Source of the DNA: Eledone cirrhosa
Taxonomy: Eukaryota
Reading direction: 5' to 3'
Assembly: GCA_964016885.1 (NCBI GenBank)
Contig: OZ024745.1
Location: 95,914,001-95,978,000, forward strand
DNA length: 64,000 nt
In this document: piece after piece, positions 41,191 through 53,417 of the stretch
How positions within the stretch are numbered: position 1 is the stretch's first letter
Layout of the letters: every line of letters starts with the position of its first letter
Program-made: the position numbers and the translations under genes
Notes under the pieces: generated by a model
Database searches by the model: none
The model's input: only the letters and a program-made list of their open reading frames with translations
What the model was told of the DNA's origin: nothing

Positions 41191-41376
41191 AATAATTTTT
41201 TAAAAGGTAATATCTGAAACTCTAGTTAAACTTTAATTAGTTACCTACCTAGCTATGTGTGATTACACACTTTACAAATTATCCCTGTGATTGTTTCATG
41301 TGTTTATTTTAAATATATATATATGTCAATCAATTTCTATTTGATATATATATATCTTCAAATTTATTATTATTAC

Positions 41377-41416
<40 letters not shown>

Positions 41417-41636
41417 CCATGCTAGCGTGGAAGATAGACGTTAAACGATGATGATGATGATATATATATATATATATATATATAGTTATAGAGGTGGGTA
41501 TATTCATTTTGATTTATATTTTTAATTATTATGTGTCTACCTCACCTTGCGTAGTTTATAAATTCCATACAGTGGTGGTTTCCCTGTTTATTAATGGCAC
41601 ACACTCTCTCCCTCTAGTGTGTTGTCCTTTCTACAT

Positions 41637-41694
<58 letters not shown>

Positions 41695-42067
41695 GATGAG
41701 AGTATTGAAGGATGCAAACAATTGGAACACACTAAAATAAGGAACACACTAAAACCAGGGCCTCGTCTTTCCGGAAACACATAGCCAAATGCGGAAACAA
41801 AGACGGAAGGCCCATTGTCACAATTCTAGCGACAGAAAGAAACGTCGGCACGTTACGTATCAAGGAAGCACTTTGGATCAAACGCCTACGGCCACAATTA
41901 AACAACCGATCCGAGAGAAGCGAAATGAGGTGGTTGGTTTAAGTTAACAAACGATGCAGCAACACACGCACACACACAAGCGAGACAGCAACACACTCAC
42001 ACACACACACAGTAGCATTCCACCATACGAACATACTACACTGCCAATACAGAGGAACAAGGCAACA

Positions 42068-42099
<32 letters not shown>

Positions 42100-42627
42100 A
42101 GTAACATTCACCAAACAGGCAGAGAATGGACTGACAGCTAGCGCCACCCCACTCACACAATTGAAAGAACTACTTCGGCCGCTGACCTCTGCTTGACTGA
42201 CCCCCATTTCACGCGCACACGCGCTCTGCTGAATACCTCAGATATTCAAAACAACGAACAGTGGAGGACACGTTTCGCACCTTTCCGACAGACAATCTCC
42301 ACCCCCACCCCGGAAAAAAAACCCCAGTTGATGGATGGAATCCGAAATATATAGGGACAATTAAATCTCTCCCAAGGTAACTCTTTCTCGTGTTGTTATT
42401 TTTATTTTTATCCTTTACGCTCTTTCCTTCATTCTCTACACGTTACAGTCTTATACAGGCCACGCATCTCAACGTACACCCACTTACATCTCTCTCTCCA
42501 CCACCGGATCTTGTTACCCAGAGATTTACCCAACTGCATTGTCGAAGCTTCCAAACAACTTAAAGAAATTTATATATATATATGTATATATATATGTATA
42601 TATATATATATATGTATGTATATATAT

Positions 42628-42903
42628 AAGAGGGATAAGTTGTGGTGTGCAGGAGAGATGGTATGGACATGTGATGTGCATGGAGGATGACCACTGGGTA
42701 AAGAAATGCCAAGAAATCCCAGTAGAAGGAAGACGGAGTAGAGGTAAACCATGAAAAATATGGGCAGAGGTGGTGAGAGCAGACCTCAGATTGCTGAAAC
42801 TCACCGAGGAGATGACGAGTGGAGAGATGCTGTGCTGAATAAGACCCATCCAACCCTTGCAAGCAGGGAATAGCGGATGTAAAATGATGATGATGATGAT
42901 GAT
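42628..42903 (+). mobile_element. RTE LINE 3' fragment
   Basis: RWYGHVMCMEDDHWVKKCQEIPVEGRRSRGKP; tail cccttgcaagcagggaatagcggatgtaaaa(tga)n. Confidence 0.88.
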
Positions 42904-43019
42904 ATATATGTAAAATGATGATGATGATGATGATATATATATATGTGTGTATATGTATATACATATGCCTTTTTATTATTATTTTTATTTGTATGTCTGA
43001 GTTAGGTGAGGTTGTAGTG

Positions 43020-43281
43020 GTTTTTTATGTATATACGCATATATGGATGCGTATGTATTTGTATATATTAGTATAAGTAAGTGCATATGTATGTATGATT
43101 ATATATCTAATTCTATGTATGAATATACATGTATATATATGTGTGTATGTAAGTTGTGTGTGTATGTATGTATATGTCTATGTGTGTATATATATATATA
43201 TATGTATATCGATGTACGTATATGTATGTACATGTATGTCTATGTATGTGTGTATGTATGTGTATATATTTAGGTGTATGT

Positions 43282-43313
<32 letters not shown>

Positions 43314-43558
43314 ATATATATATGTATATATCTTTATTATTTATTATTTATTTTTTATATATATGTGTATGTGTGTATGTGTTGCGTGTGTGTATGTGTG
43401 TATATATATCTTTATATATGTGTATGTGTATGTTCGTGTAGGTGTATGTGTGTGTATGACTTTATATGTATGTGTGTATGTGTGTATGCGTAAATATTTC
43501 TATGTGTGTGTACATGTATGTATGTGTATATATCTGTATGTGTGTGTATGTGTATTTG

Positions 43559-43596
<38 letters not shown>

Positions 43597-43620
43597 TATA
43601 TATATATATGTATATGTATA

Positions 43621-43655
<35 letters not shown>

Positions 43656-43969
43656 CTATATGTTTTTCTATTTGTATATGTATGTGTGTATAGGTATATA
43701 CCTTTCTCTTTGTATTTCTAAGTTGTGTGATAGTGTAGTGGTGTTTGTATGTATATACCGATATATAGATGCGTAAGTATTTGTCTGTATGTATATATGT
43801 AAGTCTGTATATATTTGTGTGTATATATAGCTATGTATGTGTATATCTGTATGTATATTAGTATGTAAGTGTTGTATATGTGCATGTATGTGTGTGGTTA
43901 TATATATCTGTGTCTATATAGTATGTGTGATTATATGTATATGTGTGTGTATATGTACGTGTATGTACA

Positions 43970-44012
<43 letters not shown>

Positions 44013-44222
44013 ATATATATATGTATGTGTATTTGTATGTATATGTGTATATGTATGTATGTGTGTATATGTATATGTTTATATATATATATGTATGTGT
44101 ATGTATGTTCTTAGTGTGGATGTGTGTATATGTATGTATGTGTTTATATATGTGTGTATATTTATGTATGGATGGGTGTGTGTCTATGTGTATATATATG
44201 TATGTTTTTATATATATATATA

Positions 44223-44267
<45 letters not shown>

Positions 44268-44300
44268 ATATATGTGTATATTTATATATATTTATTTTCT
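43020..44300. repeat. Degenerate (TA/TG)n low-complexity tract
   Basis: Direct reading; source of the C/V/Y/I/M-rich ORFs. Confidence 0.95.
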
Positions 44301-44955
44301 TGATATATTTCTTTTTTCTTTTTTCTTTTTTCTTTTTCTGTTTTTCTTTCTATTCTTTCCTCTTTAATGTTTTATTTATTATATTTTATTTTATTTTTTT
44401 ATTTTTCTTAGTTTATAGATACATTTATATTAGGCAGTCTGCTCAGACCGTTGAATACTGACCCCTCCCCCCCCCTCCCACCTAATTTCTGTATCTTGAT
44501 CTAAAAATGTGTGTGCCAGTGTTTTATGTGAGTGAATTAATATCCATGTGCTTATGATTTTATATCCACATATATAAATGTGAGTGGGGGTGTGTGTGTG
44601 TTTGTATGTTCGTGGTTATGTGTATATTTATGCATATACGCGCATGTATGTGTGATTGTACGGATATGTGTGAGTATGAAAAAATATATTTATATACTTA
44701 ACTTCATAAGTGTCAATACGCATCTTATCTGCGCATTATAAACTTACAGAGACATTAACCTTGAAATTTTGTATTTGCATCCATCCTTTTAGTATGCGTA
44801 TACAAATTATACATACATTTTTGTAAAATATGTGTAAGAGTTTTATATGTATATACACACACCGAACTGCATTTAACCCTTTGTGTTTTCATTGGTCAAT
44901 TTCGTTCCCAAACGGACCTGAAATTTTGAATTGTTGTTATTATCAATAAATATAC

Positions 44956-45110
44956 TTCATTATTTCTGAAGACGGCGTATATATGTGTTTGGTATGTATA
45001 TTTAATCTTGATAATTTGTATAATTTTGTATAATTTTGTACATAGATCTGTTGAATATGCATACCAATTCTAACACATATATATCCTAGAAATGATCGTT
45101 AAATAATGAA
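44956..45110 (+). ncRNA. Type I hammerhead with long helix II
   Basis: ttcattattt-CTGAAGA-(tatatatgtgtt..tggtatg / catacca..aacacatatata)-GAAA-tgatcg-TT-aaataatgaa; 10-bp perfect helix I. Confidence 0.7.
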
Positions 45111-45180
45111 CTTTTTTTGTTTAATATAAGGAATTGTTTATTCATTATTTGTTTAATATTTTATATATATATATATATAT

Positions 45181-45490
45181 ATCATCATCATCTGCTTTAA
45201 TGCAAAGGTCGATTCTTTACCAGCACAGCTTCCTTCCATCTCCCGTGTACCTTCATCATATCCATTGTGAATATCTGCTTTTACCACTTCTGCACAAATC
45301 TACTGTATCTTTTCTCCATTGGTGTCTCTTGGCACTTCTTCATCCAAGAATCATCATCCATATGCATCATGTATCCATAGCAATGCAATTTTCTCTCTTC
45401 CACTTTATATCCGATTCCTCTTAGGCCCAGCTTTCCTCTCAGTTCATCCAAGCTTCTCCATTCATGCACGCTAACATTACAGATCCATAA
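45181..45490 (-). mobile_element. RTE LINE 3' fragment, decayed
   Basis: LRGKLGLRGI...LHCYGYMMHMDDDSWMKKC. Confidence 0.8.
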
Positions 45491-46338
45491 TATATTACCT
45501 ACATCTGTATGCATACATTTGTGTAGGTATGTGCATGAACTTGTGTGTGTGTGTGTGTGTGAATGTATATGGGGTTCTTTATTAAGCTTATTTGCCAAGT
45601 GTAGCAGGCAATGGAAAGAGAAACATGATCAATTTTCATGAGATGCATCTGAAAATATTCGAAAGTTATACGATTAAGTAGATGAACTAAAAATTTTTCT
45701 CTGACATTTATGTATTGTTTTCATTGGTTCATTGGTCCAATAAGAAAGTAGTACCTTTCTGCTATATATTGACAATATGAGCCAAACTAAAACCACTTTT
45801 TCTCTCTTTGATACACTTTGTATTGCTCTCTCTCTCTCTTCTCTTTTTCTTTCTCTCTCTGCATATATTCTATGGTATATCTTACTAATTAACGTTTAAG
45901 TGTACACTCTAATCAGTTGGGTTCAAATTTTAACAGTTTGGACATAATTAAATTATTGAGTGAGTGAGGAAACAACTGAAGCTGTGTCCATTCTATTCGA
46001 TAAGCTTCGTTCCATAATTATACATATATATGTCATCATCATCCTCGTTTAACGTCCACTTTCCACGCTAGCATGGGTTAATCCTTATTGTGTGTGAGTT
46101 TAAGTAGGAGTCCCAGCTCACTGGTATCAATCCACAGAATTACACATTGCTTTCACTGATCATTTCTATGCATTTTTCCACAGCAAAATCAACGTTGATA
46201 GATGGGTATAGGGACACTACATCCATGCTACTTATTGTAGGTCCCTAGACAGGTTGCATTGCTGAAGAGGTCCTCCCTACTGTCGTATATATCTGGGAAC
46301 TTATATATATATGCCTGGATTCTCCAGCAATGCGCAAT

Positions 46339-46726
46339 GGAGGCACATCGCTTAGTGGTTAGAGCATTGGCCTTGCAATCTAAAAGTTGTGAGTTCAATT
46401 CTCAGACCGGGTGATGTATTGTTTCCTTGAGCAAGACATTTTATTTCATAATGCTCCAGTTTACTCAGCTGTAGAAATGAGATGATAGGACTGGGGTTCC
46501 TATCATTCCACAGCAAAGTGGTTGTGGAGGTACCACGGCAAAAAAGCACCCAGCCCACACTGTAAAGTGGATGTGTAGGCGCCACGGAAAAAAAAAGCAC
46601 CCAGCACTCACTGTAAATGAGGTTGGTGTTAGGAAGGGCATCCAGCTGTAGAAATCAAGCCAGAATCAGTTCCTGTCCCACCCTTGAAAGCAGGGAAAAG
46701 CGGACATAAAATGATGATGATGATGA
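46339..46726 (+). mobile_element. tRNA-derived SINE family B (CORE-like domain, RTE-type tail)
   Basis: gcttagtggttagag A box, gagttcaattctc B box, tttccttgagcaagaca core, tail cccttgaaagcagggaaaagcggacataaaa(tga)n. Confidence 0.85.
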
Positions 46727-47698
46727 TATATATATACACACACATAGTTGAAGAAATAATAAAAATATAGGAATGCAAAAACACAAAGTCTTAGGATCAT
46801 GCTTAGGAGGAAGTATAGATATATACATTTTTTTTTCTATGAAGTAATTTCAATAACAAGAATGTTTGTTAGAAGTCGTTGAAATATTTTTTGGTAAAAA
46901 GTTGTACCCTAAATACTGCAAGGCATATATCTGATGTTATGCCACAATAAAATGCACCCAGTACATGCTTTTGAGTATAGGAATGTATGTAAGTGTGATG
47001 TACTCCCTGACCCATCTGAAAAGTCAGTGGCTTTAACTAGGTATTGTCCTGGTCTGTGACAACCCATCTAACCCTTGCTAGTAAGGAAAACAAGTGTTAA
47101 ATGATGATCATAATGATGATATTTTGATGATTATCTATATATATATAATTTTTTAGTTCAAGAGCAAAGAGGATACACTTTTTCACAGGACTAAAACATA
47201 ATAATACACACACATACATATAGTAATAAAGTTTTAATGATGCATCTAATGTTTAAATATACATATATCAAATTTACAGTGCACATTGAAAAGAAATTAA
47301 TAGCTTTTCAAAGTTTCATTTGCATGTATATATAAAAACATAAGGCATATCTTCCAATCTTTATTACTATTTCCCCTATATAACGTGATTTGTACAAAAT
47401 TCTTTAATTGTCTATGTTTTTTTCATTATATACCAGTGATGCACTGGGATAATTGCTGGCCTTGTGCCAAAAGTAGAAACAATTATATATATATAAGTCT
47501 TCAACCTTTTTATATTTATCACTGTTGTGGTATAAGCATAGCCACTGCATTTGGTTGTTTTTCTGGGTGACACACTTTTTAACTTGTTTTACTCCGGTCA
47601 ATAATGTTTAGCTTATCGATCCATTCAGTGCTTTGTGATTGCCTCAAACAACTTGAATAGTACCTGCTATATGGCAGCTACAACTTTGATTCATATCC

Positions 47699-47737
<39 letters not shown>

Positions 47738-47847
47738 TGGGTGGATTCCTGATGGGTGTTCGGAGGTGACCACAGCTAAAAAAGTTACTCAATACTTTGG
47801 GAGAGTATTTCCAGTTTTAGTCCTAGAAAGTCATTTTTAAGTAAAAG

Positions 47848-47929
<82 letters not shown>

Positions 47930-48666
47930 AGTGAAATGACAGGAGGCCAAATATGTTGAATTTCCTTAATTTGTTATTACTGTAAACACTATATATATAT
48001 ATATATATATATATAGTCCTGTAGAAGCCATTTCTATATTAAATATTGTATACACTCTACTCTGTATTGAGTACCTTACTTACTGTGGTTACCCTCGATT
48101 GAACCCGGGATATACACACACACACATATATATATAGTTAAGATTATTTGTGTAAAGCCGATTCAATCCAAATTGGAAATACTTGAGAGAAAATTAGAGT
48201 AGAGTATGTAAAACAAAAACAATACTTTAAACATTTACCTTATATTTCATTGTATAGCTCAGAACCTGCTTAAAAAAAAATGAATGCGTGGTGTTGTTGT
48301 AAACTGTTCTATACTATGAGGGAAATGAGTTAGAGGATAGTTGACATGCAGAGATGGGTGTAATTACAATAGCCAATTGGCTTCAGGCAATTCATTTCTG
48401 CTGTTTATGATAGGCCTAAATTTACTGATGAGAATTGCCTCCTTGATATGTAAATTTTTGATATTTTGGTTAGTGGCCTTTTTGTTAATTTTAATACTTT
48501 GGGTGTGGCATTTTTGCAGTTGTTCTTTGATCTGTAAATGTAATTTTTGGTGAATACTTCTAGTGTATGGCCATCACTTAATACAGCAGAATGTAAAGAA
48601 CCAGACAACTACACTGTGTTCAAGGCATTTCGTCCAATGCTCTAATGATTCTGCCAATCCAATATA

Positions 48667-48857
48667 ATAATTGTTTCTACTTTTGGCACAAGGCCAGCAA
48701 TTATCCCAGTGCATTACTGGTACTTTATTTTATCGACCCCGTAAGGATGAAAGGCAAAGTTAACCTCAGCAGGATTTGAACTCAAATCAGAAAGGGGCAT
48801 AACTCTGTGCTGCAAAGCATGTTGTCCGACCCTCTACCAATACTGCCAAACCAATCC
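48667..48857 (-). mobile_element. SINE family A with TSD
   Basis: Consensus; flanking repeat ccaatccaatataataat. Confidence 0.9.
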
Positions 48858-49408
48858 AATATAATAATGATTTATACTATAGGCACATGGCCAAGAGAAT
48901 ATACATGTTGATCGTACAGGGGAGGCAACTTAAAATGAACATATTAAAAATAATTGGAATTCACCTCCCGAATGAGGATGCCATCCACTTGTTTATCTTT
49001 TTAACAGTGGCTAGTTTTTTAATCAGATTTAATTGTTAGTGTTTATAGCTTTTAATGAATCATGGTGTTTATCTTCATGCTGAACAAAACATTTGATTCT
49101 CAATATTCTTTTTCTTTTCAAAGTAACATTTGTAGCAGAACGTACAATTGACAAATATAGAATGATTTCAAAAATATAAAATATATTAGAGAAAAAATGA
49201 AAATCTGGGAATTGGTCTAAACTTTAGAGTTGAAATGAAGAGTGCCTACCATATTTTTGGCTTTAGAAGGTAAACCAAGGGAAATAATACTTGGAATAAA
49301 TATTGCCATATTATATTTTGATGATGGATTAGAACAGTTCTAATTGGATCAATTTTCCTTTAGAAGACTTGAATCAATTGGTGTTCAGTACTTATCAATG
49401 CTTTCAAC

Positions 49409-49630
49409 AATAATTGTTTCTACTTTAGGCACAACACCAGCAATTTGAAGAGGAGGGGAAAGTCGATTAATTCTACCCAGTGAATTACTGGTACTTTATT
49501 TTAACTAACCCGTAACGGCTAAAGGCATAGCTAACCTTGGCAGAATTTGAACTTAGAATGTAAAGGGCCATAACTCTATGCCACAAAGCATGTTGTCTGA
49601 CGCTCTACTGATACTGCCAATCCACCACCT
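49409..49630 (-). mobile_element. SINE family A (longer variant)
   Basis: Consensus plus ggggaaagtcgattaa segment. Confidence 0.85.
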
Positions 49631-49639
49631 TTTCATCAA

Positions 49640-49995
49640 CATTTTACGTCCGCTTTTCCCTGCTTGCAAGGGTGGGACGAGTCCTATTCAGCACAGCATC
49701 TCTCCGCTTGTCACGGTCCTTTGTCATCTCCACTGTGAGCTTCAGCGATCTGAGGTCTGCTCTCACCACCTCCGCCCATGATTTTCGTGGTCTTCCTCTA
49801 CTATGTCTTCCTTCAACTGGCATTTCTTGGCACTTCTTCGCCCACTGGTCATCCTCCATGTGCATCACATGTCCATACCATTGCAGTCTCCTCTCCCACA
49901 CACAACAATTTATCCCTCTCAGACACAGTTTCTCTCTCAACACATCCATGCTTGACCATTCACGCACATTGACATTGCACATCCAACGGAGCATG
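49640..49995 (-). mobile_element. RTE LINE 3' fragment
   Basis: MLRWMCNV...RRLQWYGHVMHMEDD...EGRHSRGRPRKSW. Confidence 0.92.
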
Positions 49996-49996
49996 A

Positions 49997-50370
49997 TAAT
50001 AATTGTTTCTACTTTAGGCACAAGGCCAGTAATTACCCAGTGCATTACTGGTACTTTATTTTATTGACCCCGTAAGGATGAAAGGCAAAGTTAACCTTGG
50101 CAGGATTTGAACTCAGAATGGAAAGGGCCATAACTCTATGTGTCAAAGCATGGTGTTCGACCCTCTACCGATACTGCCAATCCACCAATGATGATAATTG
50201 TTTCTACGTTAGGCACAAGGTCAGCAATTACCCAGTGCATTACTGGTACTCTATTTTATTGACCCCGTAAGGATGAAAGGCAAAGTCAACCTCGGCGGGA
50301 TTTGAACTCAGATCGTAAAGGGACGTAACTATGCTGGAAAGCATGGCGTCTGACCTTCTACCGATACTGC
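49997..50370 (-). mobile_element. Two tandem SINE family A copies
   Basis: Consensus at ~49997-50186 and ~50193-50370. Confidence 0.9.
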
Positions 50371-50371
50371 C

Positions 50372-51080
50372 TGTGATAGAAAACGATTGGGTGAAGGTGC
50401 TGTGGGATTTCAGGATACAAACGGACAAAGGATTAGAACACAATAGACCTGACTTGGTGATTTTTGACAAGGAAAAAAGATCTTGCTTGATCATAGATGT
50501 AGCTTGTCCCTTTGACACAAGAATGCAGGAGAAGGAGAAAATTAACTGGTACCAGGACCTCAAGTGGGAACTGAAAAGGATTTGGGACTGTCATTAAATC
50601 AAAGTTGTTTCCATTGTCAAAAGAGTATTATGTACTATCTTGAAGAGTTTCCAAGGCTGACTAAAGAACATTAGGCCTGCGCCCTTTTTTGGCACACTCA
50701 AGAAGGCATGCTTACTGGGAACAGCAATGACCTTTTGATATGTCCTGAATATCTGAGGCTGCAGGTAACGGTTTGATGTTCATTAGGACAACTTTTCCTG
50801 TTAAATAACTGAGATATCAAAGTAAAAATGGTTTCTGATTTAGGAACAAGGCTAATAGTGTTTTGGGGTGGGAGGGGAAAGTCGATTAAATTGACTCCAG
50901 TGTGTTACTGGTACTTTGTTTTATCGACCCAGTAAGGATGAAAGGCAATGCTAGCCTTGGCGGGATTTGAACTCAGAATGTAAAGGGCCGTAACTCTATG
51001 CCGCAAAACATATTGTCCGATACTCTACTGATACTGCCAATCCACCACTCTGAGATATCAAAGTGATAATAATAATAATT
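50372..51080 (+). mobile_element. R4/Dong-like LINE 3' fragment (restriction-like endonuclease); SINE-A inserted at ~50829-51047
   Basis: VKVLWDFRIQTDK.LEHNRPDLVIFDK...IIDVACPFD...KACLLGTA; (TAA)n tail; SINE flanked by repeat ctgagatatcaaagt. Confidence 0.85.
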
Positions 51081-51617
51081 ATTTATTTCAAATTTTTTTT
51101 TATTTCTATAGCCATATTGAAAATGCTAACACGTTTCTAAAAGAATAATCAGAGAAGCATAAAAGAGAAATAAAAATGGTGGAAAACCTTGATCAAGCTC
51201 CATTCTTTGTATATAGATGTGTATATACATTATTATAATCAGAGAATTGACTCAAGAAGTTAGGTATTAAATATTAATTATGCTCATTCTGATGTCAGAT
51301 AATTTATAATCTTAACTATAATAAAGAAAGGGGTGCGGGACTGCGTCCAGAATATATATTTTTATCCCGTTTGTAAAATAACTTGGATTACTTTGAATAA
51401 ATAATGAATGAATATTACATAATTTATGTGCTAAATTTCGTGGCTGTTGATTATTTTATAGCTTATTTAAAGATTCACTTCTTTAACATTTTCAAATGTC
51501 AACACTTCCGGTTAGTGGCCGTTATATTATAACACTTATAAAAATATCGCATATATTTCCGTCGCTAATTTTCTCCTAATGCAGTTTATATATAATATCG
51601 TCTTTTTTTTAATTTAT

Positions 51618-51965
51618 GGAGGCACATGGCTTAGTGGTTAGAGCATTGGCCTTGCAATCAAAAGGTTGTGAGTTCAATTCTCAGACCGAGTGATGTGTTG
51701 TTTCCTTGAGCAAGACACTTTATTTCACATTGCTCCAGTTTACTCAGCTGTAGAAATGAGATGATAGGGACTGGGGTCCATATCATTCCACTGCAAAGTG
51801 GTCGTGGAGGTGCAACGGCAAAAAAGCACCCAGCACTCACTGTAAATGAGGTTGGTGTTAGGAAGGGCATCCAACTGTAGAAATCAAGCCAGAATCAGTT
51901 CCCGTCCCACCCTTGCAAGCAGGGAAAAACGGGACGTAAAATGAAATGATGATGATGATGATGAT
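51618..51965 (+). mobile_element. SINE family B
   Basis: Homologous to 46339-46726. Confidence 0.88.
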
Positions 51966-53228
51966 CATGGATTACGTTACTGATTACAGAAGACAGTGTA
52001 ACATTGACTTCGTTCAATGTCTGTGTATATTGTCAATTACGATTTTATTTGATGTATCATATATACATGCATATATATTTGTGTATAATATCAATATACA
52101 CACTACACATGCTAGCAGAAAACTACCTGAAGAGTGGTTTTTCTGCTAGTATATTTAATGAAGCAATGTCAGTGAAAAGGTTTCCTGATATAAAAACAAT
52201 TACATGATTTATGAAAATAACTTACCTCTATTAATAGCTGTTAAAAACAAACACTAAATTTTAATTGATAACAATGTCATTATTTGTGCCTAAGTGAAAA
52301 CGAAAAAGTAAAGAGAAATAGAGAGAGATTATGATGTGATATACAGTAGAAAACTCTCAGGAGAGCTGGACAGCTGAAAGTCTTCAGAGCGGAATGAGAG
52401 TTACTTACCACCTAATATATTAGAGTGAAAACGTTGGTAAAATATCAACTGATTGAGAAATATTTCAAAGGAATTAAGAAGTAATAATTATATATGATAA
52501 ACCATATTAGAGATTATAATTACATATAGATATAATAAAGCATACAATAAAAACATACACACACACCCGAATGTAACATATGCACAAACTAAGCACACAA
52601 CACACAACACACAAAAACAAGATGATGTAGGACAGAACAGAGGAGAGACGCAAAAAAATAAAAACCTAGTCATTGAGGAGGTCACAGAATGTGTGACGAA
52701 AGAGCTTTGACAATATATAAACAACCTTCCGGTTATCAAACCAACCAACCAAACTTATAATAAATTGAAGTGAAAACCAACAGATGTGTGTGTTTTTATT
52801 TGGCAGCATGACCCTCCCAAAGTATAAAAACACAATATAATATAGAATTAAAATAGAAGTGACAGGGTTACTTTTCTGGAGATTATATATTCACAATATC
52901 TGTAAACAATGTATGAATATCATCAGCAATAATACTGTTGCCAAGATATGTTAAACAATAATTCTAGACAAATTAATATTTAACAAAAGTTATTATAGCT
53001 ATCTATATATATGAAAGAATTATATCTTTATTGAAGTTTTAGGAACATTGAAATTAGAGCATTGTTATTAATAGATATATAATAAAAACCTACTTTTATA
53101 TTATGAGTAAACAGATAAAAAGAAATAGAGGAAAACTAGGAAGAGAAAGAGAAAATTAACCATATTACATTCCAAATTTCCTTATTAATTTCACCAAAGT
53201 ATTACTTAAATGTAAATGCACATACTAT

Positions 53229-53417
53229 TAATTGTTTCTACTTTAGGCACAAGGCTAGCAATTACCCAGTACATTACTGGTACTTTATTTTATCGACCCC
53301 GTAAGGATGAAAGACAAAGTTAACCTCGGCGGGATTTGAACTCAGACTGTAAAGGGACGTAACTATGCTAGAAAACATGGCGTCCAACCCTCTACCGATA
53401 CTGCCAATTCACCGCCC
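53229..53417 (-). mobile_element. SINE family A with TSD
   Basis: Consensus; flanking repeat aatgcacatacta. Confidence 0.9.

Larger units (their letters stand above)
40651..41345 (+). mobile_element. Small non-coding PLE/retrozyme-like element with direct and inverted terminal repeats
   Basis: Direct repeats ~40693-40840 and ~41257-41345; 40651-40678 is the reverse complement of 41188-41215; internal hammerhead. Confidence 0.6.
41690..45160 (+). mobile_element. Penelope-like element 3' fragment (GIY-YIG C-terminus, (TG/TA)-rich UTR, hammerhead)
   Basis: Manual translation ~41737-41942: KEHTKTRASSFRKHIAKCG...TILATERNVGTLRIKEALWIKRLRPQLNNR. Extent inferred from (TA)n flanks and the hammerhead. 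Confidence 0.7.

Noticed and set aside
43043-44461. Long ORFs of 130-206 aa
   Set aside because: Translations of (TA/TG)n low-complexity sequence.
46339-46410. tRNA gene
   Set aside because: A/B boxes belong to a SINE head that continues into core and LINE-derived tail; the same applies to the SINE-A heads.
52340-52400. CTGAAGA plus stem on the minus strand as a hammerhead
   Set aside because: No GAAA or cleavage triplet after the stem.
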